64,000 nucleotides of DNA from Verrucomicrobiota bacterium. Lineage in GTDB: Bacteria; Verrucomicrobiota; Verrucomicrobiia; Limisphaerales; AV2. The position numbers were made by a program, and so were the translations under genes. Every line of letters begins with the position of its first letter. Within the stretch, counting starts at the first letter, position 1. Where the stretch lies: positions 10,644 through 74,643 of the forward strand of contig QHNT01000055.1 in the NCBI GenBank assembly GCA_003218515.1. The letters are read 5' to 3'. Below the pieces are notes generated by a model. The model was not told the origin of the DNA. It was given only the letters and a program-made list of their open reading frames with translations, and made no database searches. Below are positions 29,601 to 37,555 of this stretch, one piece after another.

Positions 29601-30711
29601 TGTAGGGCGCAAATTCGAGATGGATTGGAACGCCGAAATGGTCGCCCCAGAATTTCAGCGAATCTTCCATTGGCTCGGCGGTGAAATTGGCAGCGATGAC
29701 GACGTGGGCTGCCTTCTTTTCGTCGGCAGCGTCAACGCGGTCCAGTAAGGTGAAGGCGACGCCCGAGAGTTCCACATACGGTTTGCCCCCCTGGTCGAAA
29801 ACGCGAACGTTGCCGACAAGACCCCTCTCCCTTTCTCCCTCTCCCCATCGGACGGGGAGAGGGACGGGGTGAGGGGCATCCTGCGCCTGCAGGGTTGCGT
29901 GACCCCACAGCGTATCGGGGAAATTGACGTCGGTTACTTCGATCTTCTCAATCGATCGCAAGACGAAGGTCTTCCCCTTCTCCATGATGAAGGGCGCCAG
30001 CAACTGAGTTATCGAATCCAGCAGACTTGGGTGCAAGTCATGTGCCTCGATTTCGCCAGCCTGGCGCGCCACGGAAAGTTTTCCCAGGGATTGATCGCCC
30101 GTGCGCCAAATCGCGGAGATGTTTTGAAAGCGGGACCCGTATTGGTTGCCATTGTCACGCAGCTTTTTGTAAAAATGTTCCGAGTCGATCACGGCATGAG
30201 ACTGCGCCTGGAATGCTTCGATGGAAAACGGTTCGGTGCCCGCTCCCGGAAACGTTGATGGATTCCGGTCAATTTCGAGCTTGGCGGCAAATTGGCGGAC
30301 GGGAGGCCGGGCGCTGCCATCCCCGACATCTGCTTCGTAGAACGTGTACTCAACCGGCCCGCCGCTGTTGTCCCTGACTTCGATCCTGATGACGGTATCC
30401 TCTGCCGAAAGAATGATGGGGGTTTGGAAGGTCACGTTTCGTACGAGGCCCGGAACGCGCTTAAAAAGTTCGCGATACCCAACCAGGGCCAGGTGAATAT
30501 AGAAGGACCCCGGCAGCACGATCATGTCCTGAAAACCGTGATCAGCCAAATACGGCACGGAACGAACACCGATCCTGAATTCCGCGGAGGCTGCCAGCGG
30601 CCGATCCGTGGGGAAACTGACACTGTGTATCGAGGCGGCTTCAGGAGCCCACTTGCGAGGAGAGGATGGATCGTGGCCCATCAAATCAGAAGAATTTGCG
30701 CATGCTTTCAC
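26644..30711 (-). CDS. Multidomain loading enzyme: PKS-type dehydratase - FkbH N-region interrupted by an FkbM-family methyltransferase - HAD-IIIC (FkbH) - GNAT-like - carrier protein
   Basis: DH has YLADHGFQDMIVLPGSFY and LHPSLLDSITQLL. FkbM has VVDIGANIGLFSLF...FAFEP...IDLLKIDAEKSELD. FkbH/HAD has KVIVLDCDNTLWKGVCGEDG...LCSKNNEKD. GNAT-like region has VVDRFGDYGLVGV...LLLSCRVLGRGVEH. C-terminal carrier is FFEAGGTSLRAVQVI. Confidence 0.85.
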   Translation of the reverse strand: MKACANSSDLMGHDPSSPRKWAPEAASIHSVSFPTDRPLAASAEFRIGVRSVPYLADHGFQDMIVLPGSFYIHLALVGYRELFKRVPGLVRNVTFQTPIILSAEDTVIRIEVRDNSGGPVEYTFYEADVGDGSARPPVRQFAAKLEIDRNPSTFPGAGTEPFSIEAFQAQSHAVIDSEHFYKKLRDNGNQYGSRFQNISAIWRTGDQSLGKLSVARQAGEIEAHDLHPSLLDSITQLLAPFIMEKGKTFVLRSIEKIEVTDVNFPDTLWGHATLQAQDAPHPVPLPVRWGEGERERGLVGNVRVFDQGGKPYVELSGVAFTLLDRVDAADEKKAAHVVIAANFTAEPMEDSLKFWGDHFGVPIHLEFAPYNQIFQQLLDAGSAFRKNRDGVNVVLLRLEEWAGEHRSAVLTLNQERLKPCFGDRPRYVLPNGLEIVHLNRYETDYVYKEVFEDECYLRHGIRLRDGATVVDIGANIGLFSLFVMSRCANPNIFAFEPAPVVYDLLKANCDAYGSNVRALNAGVSDKPRTATFTFYEKSSVFSGFHSDENEDREAIQTVVRNMLNNESVAGESVEEYVNELTADRLRRRTHECRLTSVSDIIQDNQIDKIDLLKIDAEKSELDIIQGIDDRDWPKIDQIVIEIHDRTGEAVKRIEKLLSERGYRCAVEHEKLLEHSGLFNLYATRGEAGSKPLTPSLSPSNGDREKGRGDCLNGTRQTGQSVASLQRTVGEFCAALRSLMNQAAVPLVLCFCPSTPAAEADAELKAALSDAEESLLSEAARIANVHTISSAALLQRYPVNDYYDPHSHHAGHIPYTPECYAAIGTALVRTLFNLKGSPFKVIVLDCDNTLWKGVCGEDGPWGIELTAPYRALQEFMIGQLHAGMLLCLCSKNNEKDAQDVFDQRTDMLLKREHLVSWRINWNSKSGNIKSLANELNLGLDSFFFMDDNPVDCADVRINCPGVLALQLPRNAELFPAFLNHIWAFDHTGATQEDQNRTRMYRENTERQQFRERSFSLKDFVKGLQLSVEIAEATENQLGRVSQLTFRTNQFNFTTIRRSENDIKRFLMSEGAHCLVVRVVDRFGDYGLVGVVMYGTEADRYKVDTLLLSCRVLGRGVEHAVVSRLGRRAVKEGKRFVELRYLPTEKNRPALEFLTHLGDQHRNEAGTSWTFPAECLAGVEYNPDATAPVGHEMQATVNPEKLAPRPAWGFGVADRSERLQRIGEDLYDIDRIATAIEEYRLGKQPLHARTDVAPGNTLQAALINIWRKVLGRPRIGMNDNFFEAGGTSLRAVQVIAMIKKELKQNLSIVSLFECPTVALLAAKLNSTSGVARVGTTTAGAAQRGQQRRYKTMRRQAS
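28587..28641. repeat. GC-rich palindromic repeat element (REP/MITE-like core), in frame inside the loading-enzyme gene
   Basis: cccctctccctttctccctgtcccc-attagat-ggggagagggatggggtgagggg. Translated on the minus strand as ...PLTPSLSPSNGDREKGRG... Confidence 0.8.
29822..29875. repeat. Second copy of the GC-rich palindromic element, same plus-strand orientation, different reading frame
   Basis: cccctctccctttctccctctcccc-atcggac-ggggagagggacggggtgagggg. Translated on the minus strand as ...PHPVPLPVRWGEGERERG... Confidence 0.8.
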
Positions 30712-30799
30712 GAGAGGGCAAGGGTGAGGGTGAGGAGAAGGGATCGTGCGGCCGCGAGTAATTTCTTCAATACTTCTCCGGCGTTGGGTTCGTGGCGGG

Positions 30800-31882
30800 T
30801 CACCGTCTGGCTGACGCCACGGCCCGGTTCACTGAGGAGATGGCTGGAATGGAAAGGCGGTCGGAGGACGCGAGAAGTCGAATGGACCTGCCCTCGCGTG
30901 TAATATCCTCATAGCAACGCTTCAACTTTTGAGCCACACTCAACGTCGAAAGGTCCTCGAGCCGCGTTCGACAGTCGAGACGCTTGCCGCGCTGCCGAAC
31001 CAGACCAAGCTTTGCGGCCAGTTCTGCTGGCTGAGGCCGCGCCACATAACAGCCTTCAACGCCTTCGATTCGCTCGGCAACGTCTCCCACGTCAACCGAG
31101 ACCACGGGAAGGCCGCACGCCAGGGCTTCTTTCACAATAGTTGGTGATCCCTCGTGCATCGACGTGAGAAGCAAAACATCGCTCGCATTAAGCCAGACCG
31201 GCACTTCCGCATTTGGTATCGCGGTCAGGAAATGAAGCTCCGACGGACGCACCGAATTGTTCAATTGCGCGACGGCATCTTTTGCCAGCCATGGGCGCTT
31301 CACCGGGTCGCCGTTGCTGGACGCGAACAGCACGTGGAAGGACTCGGTACCCCAGCCCAGCCGGCGCTTGCAGGCAAGCGGATCCATGGGCTTGAAGCGT
31401 TCCAAGTCCACGCCACACGGGATCACGCGGACTTTGTCAGCCGTGGCGGCGCCGTTCAAAGCTCCTGTCAGATGCCGCGCCACGACGATCACGCCCTCGG
31501 CCGCTTTTGCCGCCCTTCTCGAGCAATGCACCCCGTAGCGTGAAATTATTTTCCGCACGCAGCCGGAAAGATTCTCGCCCAGTAAATCCGAACCATGGAA
31601 AGTCACCACGAGCGGGCGGACATGGTGACGGCGCACGATCTGGTCCGCCATAACTCCGCCATACATCACGTGAATTGCCTCGGGCTCGAACTCGGCGACG
31701 GCATCGTTGATTTTGCTCCGCAGCCGATAGTACGCCGAGGGTCCCTCGGCCTGTCGATCGACAAACAAAACGCGCACGCTCAAGCCGATAGCGCACAGAC
31801 CCTTGACCTGTTCCTGCACAAAGACACCCCTGGCTGGGAACGCCGGCGACGGGTAAATATTTGTGATGGCCAGGATTCGCAT
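30800..31882 (-). CDS. Glycosyltransferase family 4
   Basis: ATG at 31882 inside ORF 30800..32017. MRILAITNIYPSP... N-terminus and the C-terminal ...LLLTSMHEGSPTIVKEALACGLPVV (E-x7-E region). Confidence 0.8.
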   Translation of the reverse strand: MRILAITNIYPSPAFPARGVFVQEQVKGLCAIGLSVRVLFVDRQAEGPSAYYRLRSKINDAVAEFEPEAIHVMYGGVMADQIVRRHHVRPLVVTFHGSDLLGENLSGCVRKIISRYGVHCSRRAAKAAEGVIVVARHLTGALNGAATADKVRVIPCGVDLERFKPMDPLACKRRLGWGTESFHVLFASSNGDPVKRPWLAKDAVAQLNNSVRPSELHFLTAIPNAEVPVWLNASDVLLLTSMHEGSPTIVKEALACGLPVVSVDVGDVAERIEGVEGCYVARPQPAELAAKLGLVRQRGKRLDCRTRLEDLSTLSVAQKLKRCYEDITREGRSIRLLASSDRLSIPAISSVNRAVASARR

Positions 31883-31904
31883 AGAGAGGGACCCTGGAAA
31901 CTTC

Positions 31905-33335
31905 TCACCTGGGCACGTCCATGCCCGCGACGGGGTGGAAGGGCTCCTCGAATCCGGGCTCTCGACCCGGACGCCGGCCATTCCTCTTGTCCTTGCCCTC
32001 ACTCCCTGCGCGTGCATCCTTAAGCGGGGGTACGCCGCCAGTAAACTGTCCCAGTTGTGGCTGGTATTCAGGGACAGCGCATTTCAAGAACCATTTGAAC
32101 TCGTCCGGCCGCAGCTGATCTATTTGCTCAACCAATTCGAGCACGAAGGCGCGGACCTGTTCGTAGGGCAGAGGTTCACAAAGCAATCGCATGATCTTGG
32201 GATGCCGAGTGCCGGTGATTCTCTCGCCTCGGTAGCTGAGCTCTTCGAACAGTTTTTCACCGGGACGAAGCCCGGTAAACTCAATCCGAATATCCTGATC
32301 GGGAGTGAAACCGGAAAGCTCGATCAACTGCCGTGCCAGGTCCAGAATCCTGACCGGCTTGCCCATATCCAGGGTGAAAATTTCCCCGCCAGATCCGAGC
32401 GCGGCGCTCTGCAAGACGAGGCCCACGGCCTCCGGGATGGTCATGAAATACCGCACCACATCCGGATGAGTGACGGTGACCGGTCCGCCGGTGGCAATTT
32501 GTTTGGTGAAAATCGGAACGACGCTGCCGGAGGATCCGAGCACGTTGCCGAACCGGACCGCCATAAAGCGGGTGGCTCCCGGCTGGTTGACGTGGAGCGA
32601 CTGCACACACATTTCCGCCAGTCTCTTGGTTGCCCCCATGACACTGGTCGGGTTAATGGCTTTATCGCTTGAAATCAGGACGAAACGGTCGGTCGGGTGT
32701 TTTGCGCATGTCTCGGCGAGCCGCAAAGTTCCCAGCGCGTTGTTTTTGACGGCCTCGCCGGGTTGCGTTTCCATCATGGGCACATGCTTGTGGGCGGCCG
32801 CATGAAAAATGACCTGGGGATGATAGTGCTGGAAAATATAGTCCACTCGCCGTTGATCCAGAATATTCGCCACCAGAGGCACGACCGCTTCGCCGCAGCT
32901 GCAATGCATCAAGTCCTGTTGGATTTGAAAAAGTTGAACTTCAGATTGCTCTACCAGCAGCAGACGACGCGGAGAATAACCGGCGATTTGCCGGCACAGT
33001 TCGCCGCCAATGCTTCCGCCGGCGCCCGTCACCATCACCACGCGATCCCGTAGAAGCTGTTCAATGTCGTCGGTGGCCAGCCGCACCTGCTCCCGGCCCA
33101 GCAGATCTTGAGCTTCCACGGACCGCAACTGGCTCACCTTGGCCTGGCCGGTAGTGAGTTCGTAGATGGAGGGGACGGTGCTGAATTTGATTTGGAGCCG
33201 CTGCTGAGTCTTGTTCCGCAGTGTAATGCTGGACGTAGAAGGGAACCTCGGGTCTCGGGCCGACCAGACCCGCGCCGATGATTCCCGCGCGTCGCGCGCG
33301 TTGGCGGGGCAGGCTTGGCGTGCGGGCGGTGGCAC
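31905..33335 (-). CDS. CapD/WbpM/PglF-type polysaccharide biosynthesis SDR (nucleotide-sugar 4,6-dehydratase) catalytic domain; N-terminal membrane part detached
   Basis: Homology begins near 33190 (...IKFSTVPSIYELTTGQAKVSQLRSVEAQDLLGREQV), then VMVTGAGGSIGGELCRQI...SSDKAINPTSVMGATKR. Codons upstream of ~33200 are an out-of-frame read of the 59-nt patch and the membrane module. Confidence 0.75.
   Translation of the reverse strand: MPPPARQACPANARDARESSARVWSARDPRFPSTSSITLRNKTQQRLQIKFSTVPSIYELTTGQAKVSQLRSVEAQDLLGREQVRLATDDIEQLLRDRVVMVTGAGGSIGGELCRQIAGYSPRRLLLVEQSEVQLFQIQQDLMHCSCGEAVVPLVANILDQRRVDYIFQHYHPQVIFHAAAHKHVPMMETQPGEAVKNNALGTLRLAETCAKHPTDRFVLISSDKAINPTSVMGATKRLAEMCVQSLHVNQPGATRFMAVRFGNVLGSSGSVVPIFTKQIATGGPVTVTHPDVVRYFMTIPEAVGLVLQSAALGSGGEIFTLDMGKPVRILDLARQLIELSGFTPDQDIRIEFTGLRPGEKLFEELSYRGERITGTRHPKIMRLLCEPLPYEQVRAFVLELVEQIDQLRPDEFKWFLKCAVPEYQPQLGQFTGGVPPLKDARAGSEGKDKRNGRRPGREPGFEEPFHPVAGMDVPR
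33211..33269. repeat. 59-nt copy of an internal sugar-transferase gene segment, embedded in the CapD gene
   Basis: 57/59 identical to 34727-34785 (only aa vs cg differs). Encodes LVGPRPEVPFYVQHYTAEQ on the minus strand. Confidence 0.95.
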
Positions 33336-33720
33336 GAGTGCGCGCCTGGCGAAACGCCAGGCGGATGGCGGTCAGCCCGAGGATGGAGAAACTGAAGTCG
33401 ACCAAAACCACGCTCCGTGGCGGCGCGTAATCCGAGCCCAGATTCGTGGAGATCCCGAACACGATGAAACTCGTGGCGAGCAGAACCCAGAACAGCCGCG
33501 AAAAATCCGGCAGGCTGAAATAACCCACGAGCACCTCGAACTGGCGCAATCGCCACAGACAAACCAGCTTGAAGCCGATGACCCAGGCGAACACGGGCAG
33601 AAACGTTCGCTCGGCTTCCGGCGGCACAGCAAAGTCGAATCGAAGTTGATACCCCAACCACAGACTGCCGACCAACCCGGCAGCGTAGGACAGGACAAGG
33701 CAGATGCGAGTAAAGCTCAT
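33270..33720 (-). pseudogene. CapD/WbpM-type N-terminal membrane module (4 TM + start of GxGxxG), separated from its catalytic domain by a patch and a frame change
   Basis: ORF 33061..33720. MSFTRICLVLSYAAGLVGSLWLGYQLRFDF...RRAGIIGAGLVG is paralogous to residues in the C-terminal half of the 33782..35434 product. It then runs into the 59-nt patch and nonsense. Confidence 0.6.
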
Positions 33721-33781
33721 GGAAATGTATCCCCGTTAAACAGTTGAGACAGCCGTGACGCCAGGAGGCGTTAACGATGGA

Positions 33782-35434
33782 TCACGAGGTCTGTTGCCGT
33801 CCCCAGAATTTGATCGGGCAACTGACCGTATAGAATCTCAAGCCGGTTTGGCGGAGCAGTTCATCCAGCTCACGGATTCGCTCCACAGGAGCGCTGGGCA
33901 TGGCGATGACCACTTCGTCGAGTTTTTCGCTCCAGCCGTCGAGCAGACATTCAGGCATGCCGACCACGGGCACTTCGTGGATGCGCTTCTGCCATTTCTG
34001 AGAGTCATCGTCGAAGAAAGCGACGATGACCCGGCCGAATTTCCTTTTGACGATCAGCTCCAACGCGAGTTTCGCGCCCGTGCTTCCGGCCCCGATGATG
34101 CCGACTCGCGCCGGCGGATCGACAGACGCGTCTTCCTCTCCCGCCGAGCGCTCGCGCCACAGCCGCAGCAAAACGCGGAAGCCACTGAGCAAAGAAAGCG
34201 ACAAGAGAAAATCGACGAGAATGAAGTTCCGCGGAGGGCTGCCCGCGCCGGCAGCCCACCAGGCGAGCAGACCGAGAGTAGCCAGGCCCAGCGCGGTGCC
34301 GACTTGCCGCAGTTCGGGAAAACTGAAGTAGCTGAGCAATCCCCGGCACTGATTACGCCACGTCAGGCACGCAAGCTGCAAGGCGAGCACCACGGAAATC
34401 TCACGCCAAAACTGAAGCGCGGACATTGCCGGTGGCACGAAATCGTAAACCAGTTGGCAGGAGAGCCAAAAGGATGCCGCCAGGATGATTCCATACGTTG
34501 CCAGCACGCCGATCCAATACGGACAGACGGTTCGCACAATGATCCAGGTATCGCTTAACAAGTTCGCGCGCAGGGCGTATTCCCGATTGAGCGCCAGCTT
34601 TCGCGGCATGCATTGCTGAATGTAAAACTCCTCCAGGTTGTCCGCGTTTCCCAGCAACACCTCCTCGTCGCGGAAACACAAAGATGCCAGATCGGTGATC
34701 CCGGGCTTGCACTGCAAAATGTCACGTTGTTCCGCAGTGTAATGCTGGACGTAGCGGGGAACCTCGGGTCTCGGGCCGACCAGACTCATTTCGCCCGTCA
34801 ATACATTCCAAAGCTGTGGCAATTCGTCCAACTTCGTCCGGCGCAGGATCCGTCCGATCCAGGTAATGCGAGCATCACCGTCCTTCGTGACGAACGGCCC
34901 GACCTGCTCCGCCGCGGGCACCATAGTGCGGAATTTGCAGATTCGGAATGGTCGTCCCTGAAGACCAATCCGTATTTGCCGGTAGAAAATGTCTCCCCCA
35001 TCGGCAATTTTTATGAGCGCGCCAATCAGCAGAAATGCCGGGCTGAGCGCCACCAGACCGGCCAGGGAAAAAACAATGTCGTAGAGACGCTTGGCCGCGG
35101 GGAAGGCCCGGACCGCAGCGGTCTCATGCGCCGGCCCGCTCGTTCCCGGAAAGACGGGCCTTTCCACCCAACGCACCGCCGTGCGGAGAAAACTTGTCGC
35201 CCTTCGGAGCGTCGCTTGGGCGGTCGAGAGGATGGCGGCGATCGGGCCAGGGACGGAGGCCGCACAAGGTTGCCCATTTCGCCTCGCCATCTGCCTGGAG
35301 GCGTCCCGGTTTACGAAGCCGGGTCGCCACCGATGTCTGCGCGGCCGGATTCGGAATGCGTTTGTCTGCGGCTGTAATTCGTTCATACGGTCGATTGAAG
35401 GTTGCAGGAGAATCCGCCAGCGGCGGACTTTCAC
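33782..35434 (-). CDS. Bacterial sugar(-phosphate) transferase domain fused to a CapD/WbpM-type membrane + Rossmann-like N-module
   Basis: Bac_transf motifs: KRLYDIVFSLAGLVALSPAFLLIGALIKIADGGDIFYRQIRIG..., KFRTM, DELPQLWNVLTGEMSLVGPRPE. Next come 4 TM segments, then VGIIGAGSTGAKLALEL...VAFFDDDSQKWQKRIHEVPVVG...DEVVIAMPSA. The true start is uncertain. Confidence 0.75.
   Translation of the reverse strand: MKVRRWRILLQPSIDRMNELQPQTNAFRIRPRRHRWRPGFVNRDASRQMARRNGQPCAASVPGPIAAILSTAQATLRRATSFLRTAVRWVERPVFPGTSGPAHETAAVRAFPAAKRLYDIVFSLAGLVALSPAFLLIGALIKIADGGDIFYRQIRIGLQGRPFRICKFRTMVPAAEQVGPFVTKDGDARITWIGRILRRTKLDELPQLWNVLTGEMSLVGPRPEVPRYVQHYTAEQRDILQCKPGITDLASLCFRDEEVLLGNADNLEEFYIQQCMPRKLALNREYALRANLLSDTWIIVRTVCPYWIGVLATYGIILAASFWLSCQLVYDFVPPAMSALQFWREISVVLALQLACLTWRNQCRGLLSYFSFPELRQVGTALGLATLGLLAWWAAGAGSPPRNFILVDFLLSLSLLSGFRVLLRLWRERSAGEEDASVDPPARVGIIGAGSTGAKLALELIVKRKFGRVIVAFFDDDSQKWQKRIHEVPVVGMPECLLDGWSEKLDEVVIAMPSAPVERIRELDELLRQTGLRFYTVSCPIKFWGRQQTS
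34727..34785. repeat. Source copy of the 59-nt segment, inside the sugar-transferase domain
   Basis: Encodes SLVGPRPEVPRYVQHYTAEQ, part of the conserved transferase core. 57/59 identical to 33211-33269. Confidence 0.95.
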
Positions 35435-35462
35435 GCCGGCAAAAGCGACTTCGCACGCGACG

Positions 35463-36710
35463 TTATCTCGGGATAATGGCTTCCTTTTGCTCGGCCGCCG
35501 AAACGCCCGCGCCTCGGACTGCCAGGCGCGAACGGCCGATGATTTTCTTCAGGGTCCGACAGACATACTCCACCTCATCAGAGGTCATGTCCGGGTACAG
35601 AGGCAGGCTCAATAACTCCGGGTAGAGGGTTGCGGAACATGGACAGTCCGATGGCTCGTAGCCGAACATGTGGCGGTAATAGGGATGCATATGGAGCGGC
35701 ATCCAATGCACACTGGTGCCAATGCCAGCGCTCTTCATTTCGGAAATCACCTCCGCACGATCGACACTCAAACGGTCCAACCTCAAGCGGACAGAGTAAA
35801 GATGCCAGGAATGGATGCGGTTCGGCATCTCCTTCGGCAAGATCAACTCGTCCACCTCGCTGAGATACTCGGAGTAAAGTCGCGCCCACTGCGTTCTCTT
35901 CTCGTGCAACCGATCCGCTTTGCGGAGTTGATGCAATCCAATGGCCGCAGCGGTGTCGGGGAGGTTGTATTTGTATCCCGGCGCGATGATCTCATAGCGC
36001 CACGAACCCTCCGCGGTGTAGCGTTTCCATGCGTCGCGCGAGATGCCGTGCAGCGACATGATCCGCATGCGGTCGGCGTGCTCCTGGGATTCCGTGCAAG
36101 CCATTCCTCCCTCCCCGGTCGTGATGGTTTTATTCGCGTAAAAGGAAAAGCAGCTGATCTCGGCTTCGGTTCCAACAGTCTTCCAAGGCGATCCTGCGTC
36201 GTCGCGGTAGTACGCGGGACAGCAGTGAGCGGCATCCTCAATGATTTTCAAATCGTAGCGCTCGGCCAAGGCGGTGACGCCGGCGATGTCCCCGATCTGC
36301 CCTCCATAATGGACGGGGATAATCGCCGTGACTTCTTCGCCTCGCGCGAGGGCGGCTTCGATTCGCCGGTCGACATCCGCGACGTCGAGGTTGAGGTCCG
36401 CCGCCCGGCAATCGACCAGCAGCGGCGTGGCGCCGAAATAGCGGACCACCTCAGCCGTGGCCGCAAACGTCATCGTTGGCACCACGACCGTTTGGCCGGC
36501 CTTCAATCCGACCGCTTCCAGCGCCAGATGCAGCGCGGCGGTGCAGGAATTGACCGCGACGCCGTGAGTGTGCCGTATGTAGCGGGCAAACTCCGTCTCA
36601 AACTGTTTTGCCTTCGGACCGGTCGTCAGCCAACCGGTCCGCAAACAATCCACCACCTCATTGATTTCCGCCTCGCCGATACTCGGCTTGTAAAACGGGA
36701 TCGAGTGCAT
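35463..36710 (-). CDS. DegT/DnrJ/EryC1/StrS-family PLP-dependent sugar aminotransferase
   Basis: 415 aa. MHSIPFYKPSIGEAEINEVVDCLRTGWLTTGPKAKQFE... and ...SFYANKTITTGEGG (PLP Lys context). Confidence 0.85.
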   Translation of the reverse strand: MHSIPFYKPSIGEAEINEVVDCLRTGWLTTGPKAKQFETEFARYIRHTHGVAVNSCTAALHLALEAVGLKAGQTVVVPTMTFAATAEVVRYFGATPLLVDCRAADLNLDVADVDRRIEAALARGEEVTAIIPVHYGGQIGDIAGVTALAERYDLKIIEDAAHCCPAYYRDDAGSPWKTVGTEAEISCFSFYANKTITTGEGGMACTESQEHADRMRIMSLHGISRDAWKRYTAEGSWRYEIIAPGYKYNLPDTAAAIGLHQLRKADRLHEKRTQWARLYSEYLSEVDELILPKEMPNRIHSWHLYSVRLRLDRLSVDRAEVISEMKSAGIGTSVHWMPLHMHPYYRHMFGYEPSDCPCSATLYPELLSLPLYPDMTSDEVEYVCRTLKKIIGRSRLAVRGAGVSAAEQKEAIIPR

Positions 36711-36743
36711 AAACCTCCTCCAACCGGCAAACCCTCTGTTCTC

Positions 36744-37490
36744 TCAAGATTTTATCAGCACCCCGAGATAATGGCTGCGCAAGAACAGCAAAGAGGCAAG
36801 CCAAGGGTATAACAGGTCTGTAAGACAGCCCGCCCGCCGGGCCAGCGGCGGCAGCAAAGTGACCGTCATCAGACGCGAATCATACTCCGGAAACAATCTG
36901 CGAACTCCTTTGCGTGAAATGCCTCGCACATGTGGATTAAACGGGTTGTTCATTCGAAAGTCATACCAGACGACCGCCCCGCCGGAGCGCAGGATGCGGT
37001 TGATTTCCCGACTGACGTTGCGCGCCATCTGATGATCGCGAATCGAAGTGAACACTGTAAACAATGCGACCAAATCAAAAAAGCCGTTTGCGAACGGCAA
37101 CGCCTCGGCATTGGCCTCTTGAAACGTCATCTCCGGGAAATTGTCCTTTGCGCGTCGGATGCGCTCTGCCAGCAAATCAACGCCGAAAAGATTTTCCGGC
37201 CTGGCCCCCCACGCCTCGAAGCCGGCCAAAATTTCGCCCGTGCCGCAACCCACATCCAAAATGCGCCGGTTACCCAGCGGGAGAAAACCCGCGCGTTGCA
37301 GCAACTGTTCCAGCTTTCGGTCGCGTTCCTGTTGGATGGCTTGATTGCCTCGGTTTGTGACCGCCCATTTCTTTTTGCCCCAGCCGCGTTCACCATATTG
37401 CCGGTAAACGTCCTTAAGGCGATCGACTTCGAAGTGGGTTTCCATGCGGCTCTCCAGATTCCATCGGCTGCCGTCCTTTGAAATCAGCAT
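36744..37490 (-). CDS. Class I SAM-dependent methyltransferase
   Basis: ILDVGCGTGEILAGF SAM motif. Start is either ATG 37490 or ATG 37445 (the latter preceded by GGAGAG). The longer ORF to 37961 overlaps the GT2 gene. Confidence 0.7.
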   Translation of the reverse strand: MLISKDGSRWNLESRMETHFEVDRLKDVYRQYGERGWGKKKWAVTNRGNQAIQQERDRKLEQLLQRAGFLPLGNRRILDVGCGTGEILAGFEAWGARPENLFGVDLLAERIRRAKDNFPEMTFQEANAEALPFANGFFDLVALFTVFTSIRDHQMARNVSREINRILRSGGAVVWYDFRMNNPFNPHVRGISRKGVRRLFPEYDSRLMTVTLLPPLARRAGCLTDLLYPWLASLLFLRSHYLGVLIKS

Positions 37491-37555
37491 GCCTTCAGGT
37501 CTGCGCCGAGTTATACGGCCGATTCGATTCAAGATCTGACACTGCCCGGCTTTGG

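Noticed and set aside
28587-29875. Possibility that the repeated GC-rich hairpins are a CRISPR array
   Set aside because: There are only two copies here and two at 62.4-62.7 kb. They have irregular spacing (about 1.2 kb), lie inside ORFs, and have no cas genes or uniform spacers.
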